Source: Felis catus (lineage: Eukaryota). From it: a DNA stretch of 64,000 bases. The translations under genes were made by a program, and so were the position numbers. The notes under the pieces were generated by a model that was given only the letters and a program-made list of their open reading frames with translations, ran no database searches and had not been told where the DNA came from. Position 1 is the first letter of the stretch, and each line of letters opens with the position of its first letter. The stretch spans positions 3,348,001 to 3,412,000 of the forward strand of contig NC_058368.1 in assembly GCF_018350175.1 (NCBI RefSeq). Reading direction: 5' to 3'. Positions 38,134 to 50,400 of this stretch are shown here, one piece after another.

Positions 38134-40310
38134 AGCAGAATGGGGGTGAAGGAAGGGATGAGTTGGCCACAAGTCGAAAGAGCACAGGGATAACCTCATT
38201 GCTGGGCAGATGTGGAAATACCTTGTTAATTCATAAAAACTTTGTTAATTGGTTAGTCATGAGACACTCTGCCATCCCTGGGAAGAGGTGCTATTAGAAG
38301 TCGCGACACTGGGACCAGCAGCAGTGAGTTGTTTTGGCAATAATGGTAATCGTGATGGTAGTTGAAAGAGTTGATTCTGTTGGCTATAGAGATTGTACTC
38401 TGTGAAGAAGACCGATTGAATGCCTTGAATTACTGGCTTATAACTTGTGTGTGGGTGGGGGGGTAGGAATCAGACTCTGTGATATCTTTGAAGGACTCTC
38501 TTCCAGTGGAGAGGCAAAATTGTGGAGTTGGGTTGCTGAATCCCGCCAGGTTTCTTATGTGAATGTCTGGAAACTGGTAGAGCCTGACAGGGATTCTGAG
38601 ATGTGGGAGGAAGAACTTTGGGGAGATACAAATGAGTTGAGAACTTTGAAAGCCCTGATCCTCTGAAATTCTCTTGTTGATTTAAGGAGGCAGTTCCACC
38701 AACTGATCTGGCAGGAGAAGTTAGTCCCAGAAAAACATCCTTAAGTAACTACTTCAGAGGTGATTGCCTCTCAAGAGATGCTGCTTGTCTTCAGAATTCA
38801 TTCCAACCATTCCTCCCCGACTGCAATTTCATAAAGAGAATTGGGTCCCATAAGAACCTACACCTAGGAAGTGTGAAGCATAGTCTTGAGAAGACTTGTT
38901 AGGACTTAGAAAATTGTACCGGTGGGAATCTGGAGAGCAAACATGGGAATAGAGGCTCAGGTGTTAAACCAAAGAGGGTACAATTTTGAGTTTTGATCTC
39001 AAAATCTATTGATTTTATTTATTGATTTATTGATCCAAAAGTTTAACTTTATTGATATAAATGGGTTCACTGGAAATTTGGAATTTCATGTGTGGATTTA
39101 AGCACCTTGGAGTGGCTAAGTTTGCTTGTAGTCACCTAGACTCAACTCATTGGGTTACGACCAATGAGGTTCAATGCTGGAACCTGGCTGACATACTACA
39201 GAGGAAGATGTCTACAGGCTCAGGGAGTTAAGAATGTTGAATTGAATGGATTTTGTGCATACTTCTCAAATTCACCTATCACCTATTTTTAAAAGACCTG
39301 GAGAACATTTCTTTCTCTCCATCATTAAGAAATGCATTAGAAAGAGGTTCACTGAGATTCTTGAAAAGCCCTGTGGCGATGCCCTCTCTGGGATGAAGAC
39401 GTGGTGGGATGTGAGTTCAGGCTGGCGTCATGATTTCTATGGAAATAATGAATCCTAGGGTGGGAGGTGCTAGAAAGGATGTGGTACGGTTATTTATAGT
39501 AAGACCCAGACTTGGAGTCATAGCACACATTTCAGCATGGAGGGGTCTTTGGTGATTAAGAACGTGGGTAAACTACAGAGTTTTGGCTTGATATATACAT
39601 TTTCTGAGATGTGATAGGCAGCAGCATGATTTGATCCAATGTGGAGGATGTTCACATCAACTTACCCAGTCCCCAGAAAAACAGTTCAAAACAGAGCACC
39701 TCAAATGAGGAGGAAGCTGAGTCCCTTAAAGGAAGAGCGCTTCAGCAGAGACACCAATATATATAGGTGACCGTTGGAGCAATGTGGGGGGTTAGGGAAG
39801 CCAATTCTCTGCACAGTTGAAAATATGCATATGACTTTTGACTCTTCCAAAACTCAACTGCCAATGGCCCACTGTTGACCCAGTCTCGCCGATAACATAA
39901 TTAGCTAATTAATCCATATTTTGTGTAGGTATTATAAACTGTATTCTTCTAATAAAGTGAACTAGAGAAAATAAAATGTTAAGAAAATCACAAGGAAGAG
40001 AAAATACATTTACAGTACAGTACTGTAAAAGATCCACATATAAGTGGACCCGTGTAGTTCACACCATGTCATTGAAAGGTCGACTATACTCTGAATTATC
40101 TCAGTACTTTTCCCAGGGGGATCTGCATCCTTTCACCAGTTTGTACCTGGGAAAGGGAATACCTGGTGTTGCCGCAAGTCATCAGAATGGAACTTTAAGA
40201 GACAGCAAACTCCTGGAGACTCACAAAGTCACTGTGGCCTTAGGTCAGAGAGGAGTCTTGGCCTAAGTCCACTTCTCTCTAAGGCCAATAGACTCACTGC
40301 CCTAATTCTA
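38134..40310 (+). mobile_element. Ancient ERV-L internal relic: gag and start of pro, many stops and frameshifts
   Basis: RQVSYVNVWKLVEPDRDSEMWEEELW, EDLLGLRKLYRWESGEQTWE, EEDVYRLRELRM, SLRNALERGSLRFLKSPV and QGDLHPFT parallel recalled HERV-L motifs RQVSTVKVRALIGKEWDPATW, KELLEFSNLYKQKSGEQAWE, EEGIQRLREIGM, ALRNRFVRAAPASLKSPV and QGDLRPFT in the same order. Confidence 0.85.
39764..40086 (+). mobile_element. Tigger2a-like (Tc1/mariner) MITE inserted in the ERV-L
   Basis: Degenerate TIRs taggtgacc... and ...ggtcgacta, TA on both flanks, internal acttttgactcttccaaaactcaac and aagtggacccgtgtagttca. Confidence 0.88.
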
Positions 40311-40560
40311 GGTCTCGGTTGTAAATGTCCCAATGTGATCTCAGAGGGCTTTGGCCTTCTTGATGTTCCACTGAGCATTCCCTTAATGCCATTCCACTAC
40401 TGGGACATAAGTACAGGAAGTTCCCGCAACATAACTCTGGGTGCTTGGGCTTCTAGACTGTCTATTCTCTACAATGACCCCCTTTCACCAGAATGTGAAA
40501 TGTGAAATGTATTCCATTCCAAGAGGTTTAGACTTTGTCTTATAAGAAAAGGCAAGCAAA

Positions 40561-40595
40561 GCTTGCTTTGAGACTGAAACGGTCTCAAAGCAAGC
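40561..40595. repeat. Perfect 14-bp inverted repeat (16 bp with one G-T pair)
   Basis: gcttgctttgagac-tgaaacg-gtctcaaagcaagc. Confidence 0.95.
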
Positions 40596-42099
40596 AAGTG
40601 GACAGATTTTTATTTTTGTGCGAATCACTCTGGCTATCGTATAAAGGGGGAAAAAATGGAAGTCCAGTGCAAGACGGCAAAGAATAATGCCTCAGATGTG
40701 GGGAGGTAGTGGGAAATGATGCAAAGAGGGAGCCAAAACCAGGATCCTCACTTGGTTGTTGTGTGGCTTATCATGGCATAATTCAACATACGAAATAGAA
40801 TTGGGATGATTAGATCCAGTTCTGCATACATCCTAAATCCCTGGGCTTCACACAATGTGGAATCATTCTGCTGAATAAGATGCCAATCATCACACACCAA
40901 AATGTGGTACAGGATGATAATGAACGTCCAAGAAATGTTGCTCAGCACTATATCCAGGTGATATGAAGTATTCCTTATTTGTAAGGTCTGGAGGGAGAAA
41001 AAAAAATCTGCTTTAAATGATTCTTCTTAATTGCTACCTAAAGTCCATAAAATTTAATGGTTGCCACCTCAAAGTGGTGGTTAACACATGCATTGCATTT
41101 TCGTAAAACTGTATAAATCGAAGTTCTATGAAAATAAATCAGTAATTACTCACGAAAACTTTTTTTGAATCAACAACCATCATTATATAGGGCTTGACTT
41201 ATAAAAACCCTGCATAAAGTAGATCAAAAGTAAAGCAAAATTATACATATTTAAGAATACTGAACGAACACCCTAATGAGTAACAGAAAAATAAAAGTAG
41301 CATTCCTATAGTTTCAAATAACAGGTTTGGTAACATTAAGTAAATACATGTCAAATAAAATATCTAATCCATGCCATAATAATCAATCAAATGGAAAGGT
41401 CAGACAAATTTACCTAAGTGAGCCATGAAGCCACTGGTTTTCATAATACATTAAAAATGCGAATTTCATTTTTCTTGGTTTTTACCCATAGCGTTCCCAA
41501 AAATAGAAAATCTAACACCTAGAAAGTATGTACACGTGTATATTTTTAAATTCATCCCAGTAGTAATACATGCAAGTGTTTGGTTTACAATCCACGCATG
41601 TATAAAGGCTAAAGATGTTGGTACGGCATTTTAATTAACCCACGGGTCACCAAGGTTAAACAGAAGCCCAGGGGAAAGTGACAGAGACAAATCGAATCCT
41701 TTACAGCTCATTATATTCTGCTAGTGGAAATCAAATGTTCATGGCTAATATCCTCTGTAGGAACCTGTTTCTATACTTCTTTCTCTAGATGTAGTGCGAA
41801 TCAGTATTTCATCAAACTTGGGGAGGGGAATGTAATACCTATCTTTGAAACATTAACGCCTATGATTCGTGATTTCTTGAGGAGAAGGGAGGGGGGAAAA
41901 TCACATTGAAGAGAATGGTCTTTTTTTCCTGAGGATCTCCAAGCACGATTCATGTTTTCAGCATTTGGTAACAAATTAGAGATGGAGCAGGTCCTAAAGA
42001 ATTTACTAATCCTCACCTGTACTCGAAGGCAGAGGGAGAACCAGGGAAAAGTACGAATCATGAATATTCACAAGGCAGTCCCCTGAGGGCTACTCCAGA

Positions 42100-43500
42100 G
42101 GCCGCCTCCCGGGGAGCCACCAGCAGGGAAAGGAGTCCTGGTCCCGGTCCCTCAGCAGGTGTCACTGTGATTCTTAGAGGTGGTAGCTTCTGCACCTGTG
42201 GCTGGGTTTCAGGGTGTGCAGCCAACGTCCCAGCCCGGCGTTCCCTGCGACAGGTGTCTCCAGGGCCCGAAGCCTGCGGAGCAGAGACACAGAAGCAGTG
42301 GGTTACTCTTTCTGGAGTGTTGGAGGAGCCGCCACGTTCTCAAGGGGAGCACAGCACAGCCTCAGACACGGCCACCCTCAGCCAGACAGATTTGCGGGGC
42401 TGGCAGTAGTTCTGGCGGTCCTTTCTCACTCTTCTCCCGTCTGCGGCCGCAAAGAACACCCAGGTGCCCTTCTTCCGCTGTTGAGGTGTGCGCTCAAAAA
42501 TCTGTGCTCCTCTCTGGCTGTGTGATACGAGCAGCCACTGCAACGTGCCACCAGCCTTACTATTTTCTCATCTCCTGAATGAGCGCAATGTCAACCTTGC
42601 ACGTGGGGGGTTCAAGATGCCAGCTGGAGGCAAAAGTTATCCCGCACCCATCACCCCCTGGGGACCCACGACTGTGTCTTGGGGTAAAGGCTGTTGGGGG
42701 GTGGTTGCTCTTCTTTTTGCTAATAGAGCCTGGGCTACCTGGTGCCCTGCATTGACCATGTGGAGCCAGCTTCCTAAATGCATCGTCGGTAACTCCTGTG
42801 ACCCAGAAAAGCAGTCCCTGTAAATCCTTCTTTAAAAGAGCAGGGGCCACATTGCGAGTCTCAGGGAAGGGGCCAAGATGGTCGATCCGAGCGGCTCCCT
42901 CTGTTATCCTGGGTCTGTTTGCACAGCAATATGTTTGTCCCCGACATGAAACTGCCTTCGCGGATCGGGGAACAAAACAAAAAAGCAAAACAACACACAA
43001 GTTTTAAAATAACTTTGAAAAGCCCGATTGAGCATGGGATTGAGGTTGGGAGAGACATCCGTAATTGTAATAAATATTGTGAGCGATCCAGACTTGACAT
43101 GTGGATGAAGCTAAAACAAAACAAAACAAAACAAAACAAAAACAAAAAAATCAGTTTCCGTTGTGAAAGAGTCAACGTCATTCTGTTTAAGACTGCCTTC
43201 CAATGATCCTTCCGTAGGAAACCCTGCAGCGTGCGCATGCCTGAAATCTACACCACAGGGTGGCAGGCAGTGGGAGGCTCCCCCCGGGGTGCTGGCGCAG
43301 TGCACTTGCTTTCAGGGCAGGACCGCGGACGCCCCGCATCCCCGCAGGAAGCGGGGGATCCGCAGGAACAGGAGTCGAAAGGCAACTGCCTGGCACGAGG
43401 CTGGCACAATCTGTTCAAGGGACTCGCCTGCCGGCATGGGGTCAGCGTGAGCGAGAAGGACCTGGTAACAGATCTCTCCTCCGGCCACGGAGTTTCCCAG
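42100..43500. promoter_or_regulatory. GC/CpG-enriched island-like region with NRF1-like and CTCF-like motifs
   Basis: Visibly more CpG than the flanks (gcggccgc near 42443); TGCGCATGC near 43232; CCACAGGGTGGCAG at 43253-43266. Confidence 0.4.
43113..43150. repeat. (AAAAC)n microsatellite
   Basis: Direct reading. Confidence 0.95.
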
Positions 43501-44407
43501 AGATGAGATTGGTGCCAGGTAGGAAAGGAGAGGGCTGGCCAGACTTTGGAAAGGGGAGAAGGAAAGGGGAGGGCTGTATCCTCCCATCTTTATTACCCAC
43601 GCAGAAGACTGTGTGTGTCCCAGCTATCGAGGACCTTCAGTTTTGTAAAGCAGCATGTTGGGGGGGGGGCAGGTTTGCCATCAGTAACTTCCCTCCTTGC
43701 CTTCTCTTTATGGTTGTATTAGATAAGGAATTATGATATGAGCCAGAGTCCAGGCAAGACAGAAGCAGAACATACAAAAAACAAGACATCCGTTCAAAAG
43801 CGAAGGAGAGCTTAGGTAGATAGCAAAGCAGATAGATTTCTGTGTGGAAATCCAACATTTCTATTTCTATTTGGGAAATCCAGCTAACATACAGGAGTCT
43901 AGGTATAGTTTTACTTTGTTATTTTGGTTAAAGGCTAAGAACGAACCTTAAATGTATGACTCTAGAAATGATAACAAAGGATCTATTGGGTTAATCACAG
44001 AACCTTCCAGCTCCGACGCCTGGAGTGTTTCTGAAAAGAGACTGAGACGAGGGTTTTAACCTCCTGGTTTGTCCTGCAGAAATACAGCCTCTTGACCTCT
44101 CTTTGGTAAAAAGAGAGCCGACGGGAATTTTGCAACAAATATACAAACTTGACCGTATGGCAGGTCAAAGAGGAGACAACGACGCAACGACTCACAGACT
44201 GGGTTAAACAGATCCTTCTTATGGGACACAATCTGTATCCACCTCGTGCAAAATATGTTACAATCACAGGAACAAGCAATAGCATATACTGAGACAGCTA
44301 ATGGCTATCGCGTGTGGACTGGACTCTTTGCCCCCACAATAACAATGAACGTACTTACGAGTTTGAGAGCCTACTATCTACGAGGCAGAAAGACTCAGCA
44401 ATTACCT

Positions 44408-44856
44408 ATGCTAAAAGAAAAGTTAGAGAGCTTTACTTGATACGGATGTTTTATGGAGTGAGAAAGAGACGGTGAACAGAGGGGCTTCAAACAAGAATGT
44501 GGTATGAAGGTCAGGGTCCCGAAATTATGGGCTGACTTATAAAATGAAAATGAGGAAGTTGTTTCATTTCATAATGGTTGGTGAATACAACGGGAGTTTC
44601 CAGGCAGCAGGGGATTGGTTAAGAGTGATTATCTTACATCATTTGATACGACAAGTGCATGGGTTAAAATCTTATATCACTTTAGGAAAATGACTTATGT
44701 TTCAGTTATGATTTTCAGAAGCATTTGCAAGAAATAAGCTACGTTTTGCTTACGTTTATGAAATCGGCCAGCTTAAGTTTCTGTCACATGGCCTCACTAG
44801 TATTGTCTGTTTGGGGGATTTACAGACCTGGGTTCCAATTGATTTCATTTCATCCA
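44408..44856 (-). mobile_element. Possible old ERV LTR fragment
   Basis: About 450 bp with antisense-LTR-like texture (gttttatggag, gattggtt CAAT-like boxes); family not identified. Confidence 0.35.
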
Positions 44857-46260
44857 ACAGTAGATGAAATTCCCACTTTCTAGATGAGCAAGTTGAAACT
44901 TTATATTCACTTAAGTTAAATAAGCCTACCTGGAAAGATGTCAAAGGTGGCTCTTACCTTGTAAAAAATGTAGACATAGCATGGCCTCGTTTTATAAAAT
45001 AGATGGCCTATTGGCACCTGTGGTTTTACTTGGGTGGGTTTTTTGCACACTGGAGAGCAAGGTGAAAGAGACTTTTTGAATCTTTTGAATTTTCTTCTTC
45101 TCTCTCATTCATTAGAACATTATCGGAAATAAAGGAAGATTAAAAACGAAAGGTACAAGCCTAAGGGACCGTGTTCACCAAGAGGTTATTATTGTAAACA
45201 ATGAACAGAAGCTGAAGGAGACACATAGATGACCAGTGAATTTTACAGAAAAATTAGACTTTTTGTACCAAAGTCCGACCAAACACCACCGTAAAGCAAT
45301 GCTTCCCTGCTTTCCTTGTTGATGTTCATCTTTTGTTTTGTTTAACAAACCTGCATCAAACTTGTGCCTTTAATCTCTGATCATTCTGGAACAAAAGGAG
45401 AATTAAAACTTTTGACATTTAAGCGAAAGTGATAGGTTTTAGACACTGTCTGGTGAACTCGAGTTCATGAGGAGTGGCCAGTCCAATTCCGGTCACGAGC
45501 AGGTACAAATGACAACATGTCAGCACATCTGTCAGCCAAACAGGTTTTCAAGTTTCAAAGGCCATGATCCTTCTGAAGTCCGTCCAGGATGACAGCTTTT
45601 ATCAGGGTGCTGAATTCACCATGATCACTTTCAGAGTGAAAGAAACTGCTCTCCAACACAAAGTTTGGACAGTAAATAATCTCCCGTTTTCCCTCCTTGA
45701 TGTTCCGCGAGATTGTGACTGGCGTAAGTATAGTCCAAGTTACCAAAGCAAAGGGTAAAAATAGACAAGATATTTTCAAAGATTCCAAAATTTGGGATGG
45801 AAATTCTTAGCGCCAATGCTTTTGAAGATAACAGGAGAGAGAAGCCAAAATTCTTGACAACTCAGAGTCAAAATACTTTTGGAGATACCACTGAAAGGTT
45901 GGACAACTCCAGCCACAGCCATGGCCACGGCTGCAGAGAATCCAACATTGTCAAAAGAGAAAATTTCAGCCTTCTGAGAGAGAATTCACCTTTCCTTGAT
46001 CTCTGATTTCACATAGTTGAACTTTTGCTCGTGTCTTTTTTTTTTTCCTTAGTATAGTTGACACACAGAGTTGCATTACTTTCAGGTGTAAAACACAGTG
46101 ATTCAACAAGTTTAGGTCATTTGATTTTAATCTATTAATACAAAGATCTCGCTCGCCAACAAGAGTTTAAAAAATAATATGAAAATCTTCTTATGAAGCA
46201 TCAAGAAAAGATCACTCCCCACATCAAGGAACTCAAGATCAGCAATAAACAAACTTAACA

Positions 46261-46264
<4 letters not shown>

Positions 46265-46311
<47 letters not shown>
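46265..46311. repeat. (TC)n microsatellite
   Basis: About 23 units. Confidence 0.98.
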
Positions 46312-46313
<2 letters not shown>

Positions 46314-47116
46314 AGTTTAGGAAATGCCTTACGGAAGAAAATTGTTTTTAGAAAAACAAAATTGTTTTAGAAAAACAATAGAGATACACTGCAATGTGTG
46401 AGGGCTTGGAGGAAAAGCTAGCACAAAGACTGGAAAGTTCTCTTAAGGCTCATGATGTGTGAACCTCAAGCCCAATGTGCTCCACTCAAACGTGGCTCAT
46501 ATTTGAAATAGTTTAGAGGTTTTCTTACTTAATACTGGGAAAAAGAGTTTTTATTTAAAATTTTATGATTTGCTCTACCTACTGCAATGTATTTTGCAAG
46601 AATTTTATCCATTATACACACAACGCGATACATATACCTAGTAGTATGCCTGCATACATTAATTCTAGTGACTAATACACATGGGAAAAGTACATGGTTT
46701 GTGAATTTTGATCTTAGACATAAGAGAGAAACAAACTTATATACCTCAATAAATCTTCTGGGCAGTGACTCTCTTCATTCTAAACCCCAGCTGAATCATG
46801 GAACTAATTCCAGGTGAGAAGCTTAGCAGCCCATGATGCCCAGAGTTCACTGTCATCATCAGCAGAAATTCAAGCTGTTTTGTTTCAGACTTACATACGA
46901 TCTCTGATTTACTTGACACCTTAAAGACTATATTATAAGGTTCAACATTTCTTTCATTTGCTAAGGCAGGTAGTATACCCTCTTTATGGATAAAAAAAAT
47001 TACGGGAACAAAAGATTAATTGATTTGCCTACATTCTTTCATTCAGTTTGTTAATGGTACTAATGATGAAAATTATGAGTCTTTTGATACTAGGTTTTTG
47101 TTGTACTTCTCTCTAG

Positions 47117-47271
47117 ACCAGTATTTTTCTAAACGATTTTGACTGGGATCTACAATAAAAATTACGTCTCATAAACAACCCAGTGAAATATACATCAACC
47201 AACACTAAAAAAGAAAAGAGCTTTATGAAACAAAACTTAACATTTCTTTCTTCTTTTTCTTTCTTTTTCAC

Positions 47272-47318
<47 letters not shown>

Positions 47319-47417
47319 GCTATTCTAGTCACTTAGTCCACTTCTTTTCTTTAAAACCAAAATACTGGTTTTCCAACCCTCGAAAGGGGCCCAGATATGC
47401 AGATTGAAAAACACTGC
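47117..47417. mobile_element. hAT-Charlie MITE relic containing a (TC)n tract (47275-47313)
   Basis: TIR-like ends cagtatttttc / gaaaaacactg with ctaga / ctttac-type flanks. Confidence 0.5.
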
Positions 47418-50400
47418 TTTACATTTGACATCATCACATGCTTTTTCTGTTGTCATTTTGTTCTATTATTCAGTTTTAGAAAAATAAAGCACTCATAAAA
47501 GCATGTCAATATTTTGCAGCAGAACTTCTAGAAAACTACCATTTTTCTGACTACTAATTCTCACTCCTCTTTGGGGCTACAATCTCATCCCATCCATACT
47601 CCAATGTCCTTTGCTTTTTAAAACAGTGATGATATTATCTCAATAATTATTCCTGTTTTAACATCTTGGGAATAATTAAACAGTTGTCAATTTTGTGTAA
47701 GTCCTCTAAATTTTATTTGTTGTTGTTAAAAGTTTTGGTTAGTGTTGAAATGTTTATGTCTGTTGATATTTTTAGGTACTTGAAATCATAATGTCTAAGA
47801 GCTATGAAAAATGACCCTATGATCTGCCTACTGCTATTTCTGGGCTCTTATGTATTTCTGTATACATAAATATATCTCTAAAAAGCTGACTTTGCCAAAA
47901 GAATAGCACTGTTCTTCAATAAGAAACAATTATTTTGCAATTTGGAAAAGCAAACTTGTCTGAGAAATACCCAGGACGATGAGGCTTACCCTATGCAGCA
48001 TTTTTTTGAGGGAAGGTGTTACTGATCTCTTTAAATCTGCTGAAAGCTGCCAACCTGTGCTGTCCAAGAAGATAGATACTAGCCATATGTGGCTACTGAG
48101 CACTGAAATGTCAACAGCATGACTGAGGAACTGAATTTTAAATTCATTTAATAGCAATTAATTTTCATTTAAATTTAAGCATTAGTATTTACCTAGTTAA
48201 TGGAAAATTTTTCACTGTGTTATTCCAATAACTTAAGCATGTGAATCTATTTTTCAGAAAATCTAATTACAGATCAAGTATTTCCAATGCAGATATAGCA
48301 AGGTGAATTGAGATACGCTACACGTGTGGGATACACCCCAGGTTCCAAAGACTTAAAACGAATAAGCCAACAGGGAGGAGTTAAGATGGCAGGCTACTAA
48401 GGGGACCCTGGGCTTGCCTCATCCCCCTCACACAGCTAGATCAAATGAAATCATTTTAAACACCTAGGAAAGCGATCTGAGGATTGAGAGAGCAATCTAC
48501 AAAATTTGAGGGAGAGAATGTGGCAGGTATGTGAAAGGAAAGAAAAACCAAGCCACTGTATCATGGAGGGGTAGGAGCCCTTTTCACAGAGAGGAGAAAG
48601 AGCGAGGGGGAGAGAGAGCAGTGCATCAGGTTCCTGTAAGAAAAGCAGTGCCCCACCCCCACCCTCCCCACCCCTAAAAGTAACTAGAGAGAAAGAGTGA
48701 AAACATGTGCAGGGGACTGCACAAGAAGACTGTTACCCAAAACCACTGACAGGGAAAAAAGAGAGGGTTTCAGTACCTCTAGTTTTTTATGAAGAGCGGA
48801 GCACAGAGTCTGGAGTTTCAGAGGTGAGTGCCTGGCAGTGTTCTGATGAGGAAGCAGGGCTGAGCCCTGGGAGCAGGCAGCACGGGTCTGACAATCCCCT
48901 GGGTCTCACATATTCCCCTGCTTGAAGTGTATTTGGTAGAGGTGATATGGCCTCTCTGCAGGTAAAAGACCCAGTGAACGCCATCAAGCAGCCCCATTCA
49001 CCCAAATAGGAACAAAGACACCAGTTGAGGGCAGCAAACCCTGGTGCCAATCGTGTGTGGCAATTTGCCATAAACTTCAAGCTGCTGCCACTGTGTGGTT
49101 GCACCACTGTTTCCTGGGACAAGCCACAGTGCAGCAAGACCCTCCTCCAGAGGATCAGCACGGGTCCAAGCCACAGGGGTCTCTGAAGTGTGGGGTTTTG
49201 AAGCATAGCTGCAGCCAAGATAAAACTGAGGACCGAAGCACCACCTGGCAGGTGAACGGTTTGTACCCAGACAAGGAGAAGGTGAGGATCTGACAGAAGC
49301 TGGGGACATAGGAGTGGTGACTGTGCATCTGTGAGGGGGCGAACTTCCTGCTCCGGAGACTAGAGATTGAGGTGAAGCCATTTTTACCCCTATCCCACCA
49401 GAACTGATCCACCTAAGTGGGCTAAATAAACAATGCCACCAGGTGGAGAATAGAGCTGTTAAGCCAAGCCTTGCTCCCTGCACCCTCCAAACACATCTCC
49501 ACTAGGACAAGTCGGCCTGAGAATCAGAGCAGCAGGTACCTCCCCCAAAGGACCAGCACAAATCCCTTCCACACACTAATCTACTGATCACAGAGTGCTA
49601 CAAAGTTTTAGCTCTAGGGGAAGCTGGATCTAACCTCCTTTGGGTCTTTTTTGTTTGTTTTCTTTGTTTCTGTTGTTGTTTTTGTTTTTATTTGTTTGTT
49701 TTTTGGATACAAGAAAGAGCAATTTTTGTTTAATTTTATTTCACTTTTTTAATTTTGAATTTTTATCTATTTTTTTCTTTTTTTCCCCAAGCTTCTCTTG
49801 ACAAGTAGACCAAAACACACCTAGGATCTAGCCTCCTTATTATTTAATTTTTTTATTTTAATTTAATTTTATTATTATTTTTTTCCCTCCAAAATGACAA
49901 GATGGAGGAATTCACTCCAAAAGAAAGAATAGGAAGAAATGCTGGCAAGGAATTTAATCAATACAGATACAAGTAAGATGTCTGAATTTGAATTTAAAAA
50001 CAATATAAGGATTCTAGCTGGGCCTGAAAAAGCATAGAAGACACTAGAGAAACACTTACTGCAGAGATAAAAGACCTAAAATCTAGTCAGGCCAAAATTT
50101 AAAATGCAATAACTAATATGCAAACTTGAATGGATGCCATTACAGTGAAGATGGATGAAGCAGAGGAATGAGTTAGTGATACATAAGATAAAATTATGGG
50201 AAATAATGAAGCTGAAAAGAAGAGGGAAACAAAGGTAATGGGTAAAAAAGGTAGACTTAGAGAACTGTGTCACTTATTAAAACAGAATAACATTCATATC
50301 ATAGGAGTCCTAGAAGATGAAGACAGAGAAAAAGTGCAGAAGGTTTATTGGAGCAAATTATAGCTAAAAGCTTCCCTAATCTGGAGAAAGACACAGACAT

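Larger units (their letters stand above)
40752..45049 (-). ncRNA. Putative spliced non-coding transcript or decayed gene (exon cluster)
   Basis: AG/GT-bounded segments with pyrimidine tracts at 45049-44958, 43110-42561, 42273-42017, 41209-41154 and 40987-40752; no expression evidence available. Confidence 0.4.

Noticed and set aside
42167..43736. Overlapping 100-158 aa ORFs on both strands as a protein-coding gene
   Set aside because: Expected in GC-rich DNA, mostly non-ATG starts, no recognisable domain
45555..46006. Short ORFs and a plus-strand gtaagt donor near 45724
   Set aside because: Weak acceptor, no recognisable protein, no partner exons
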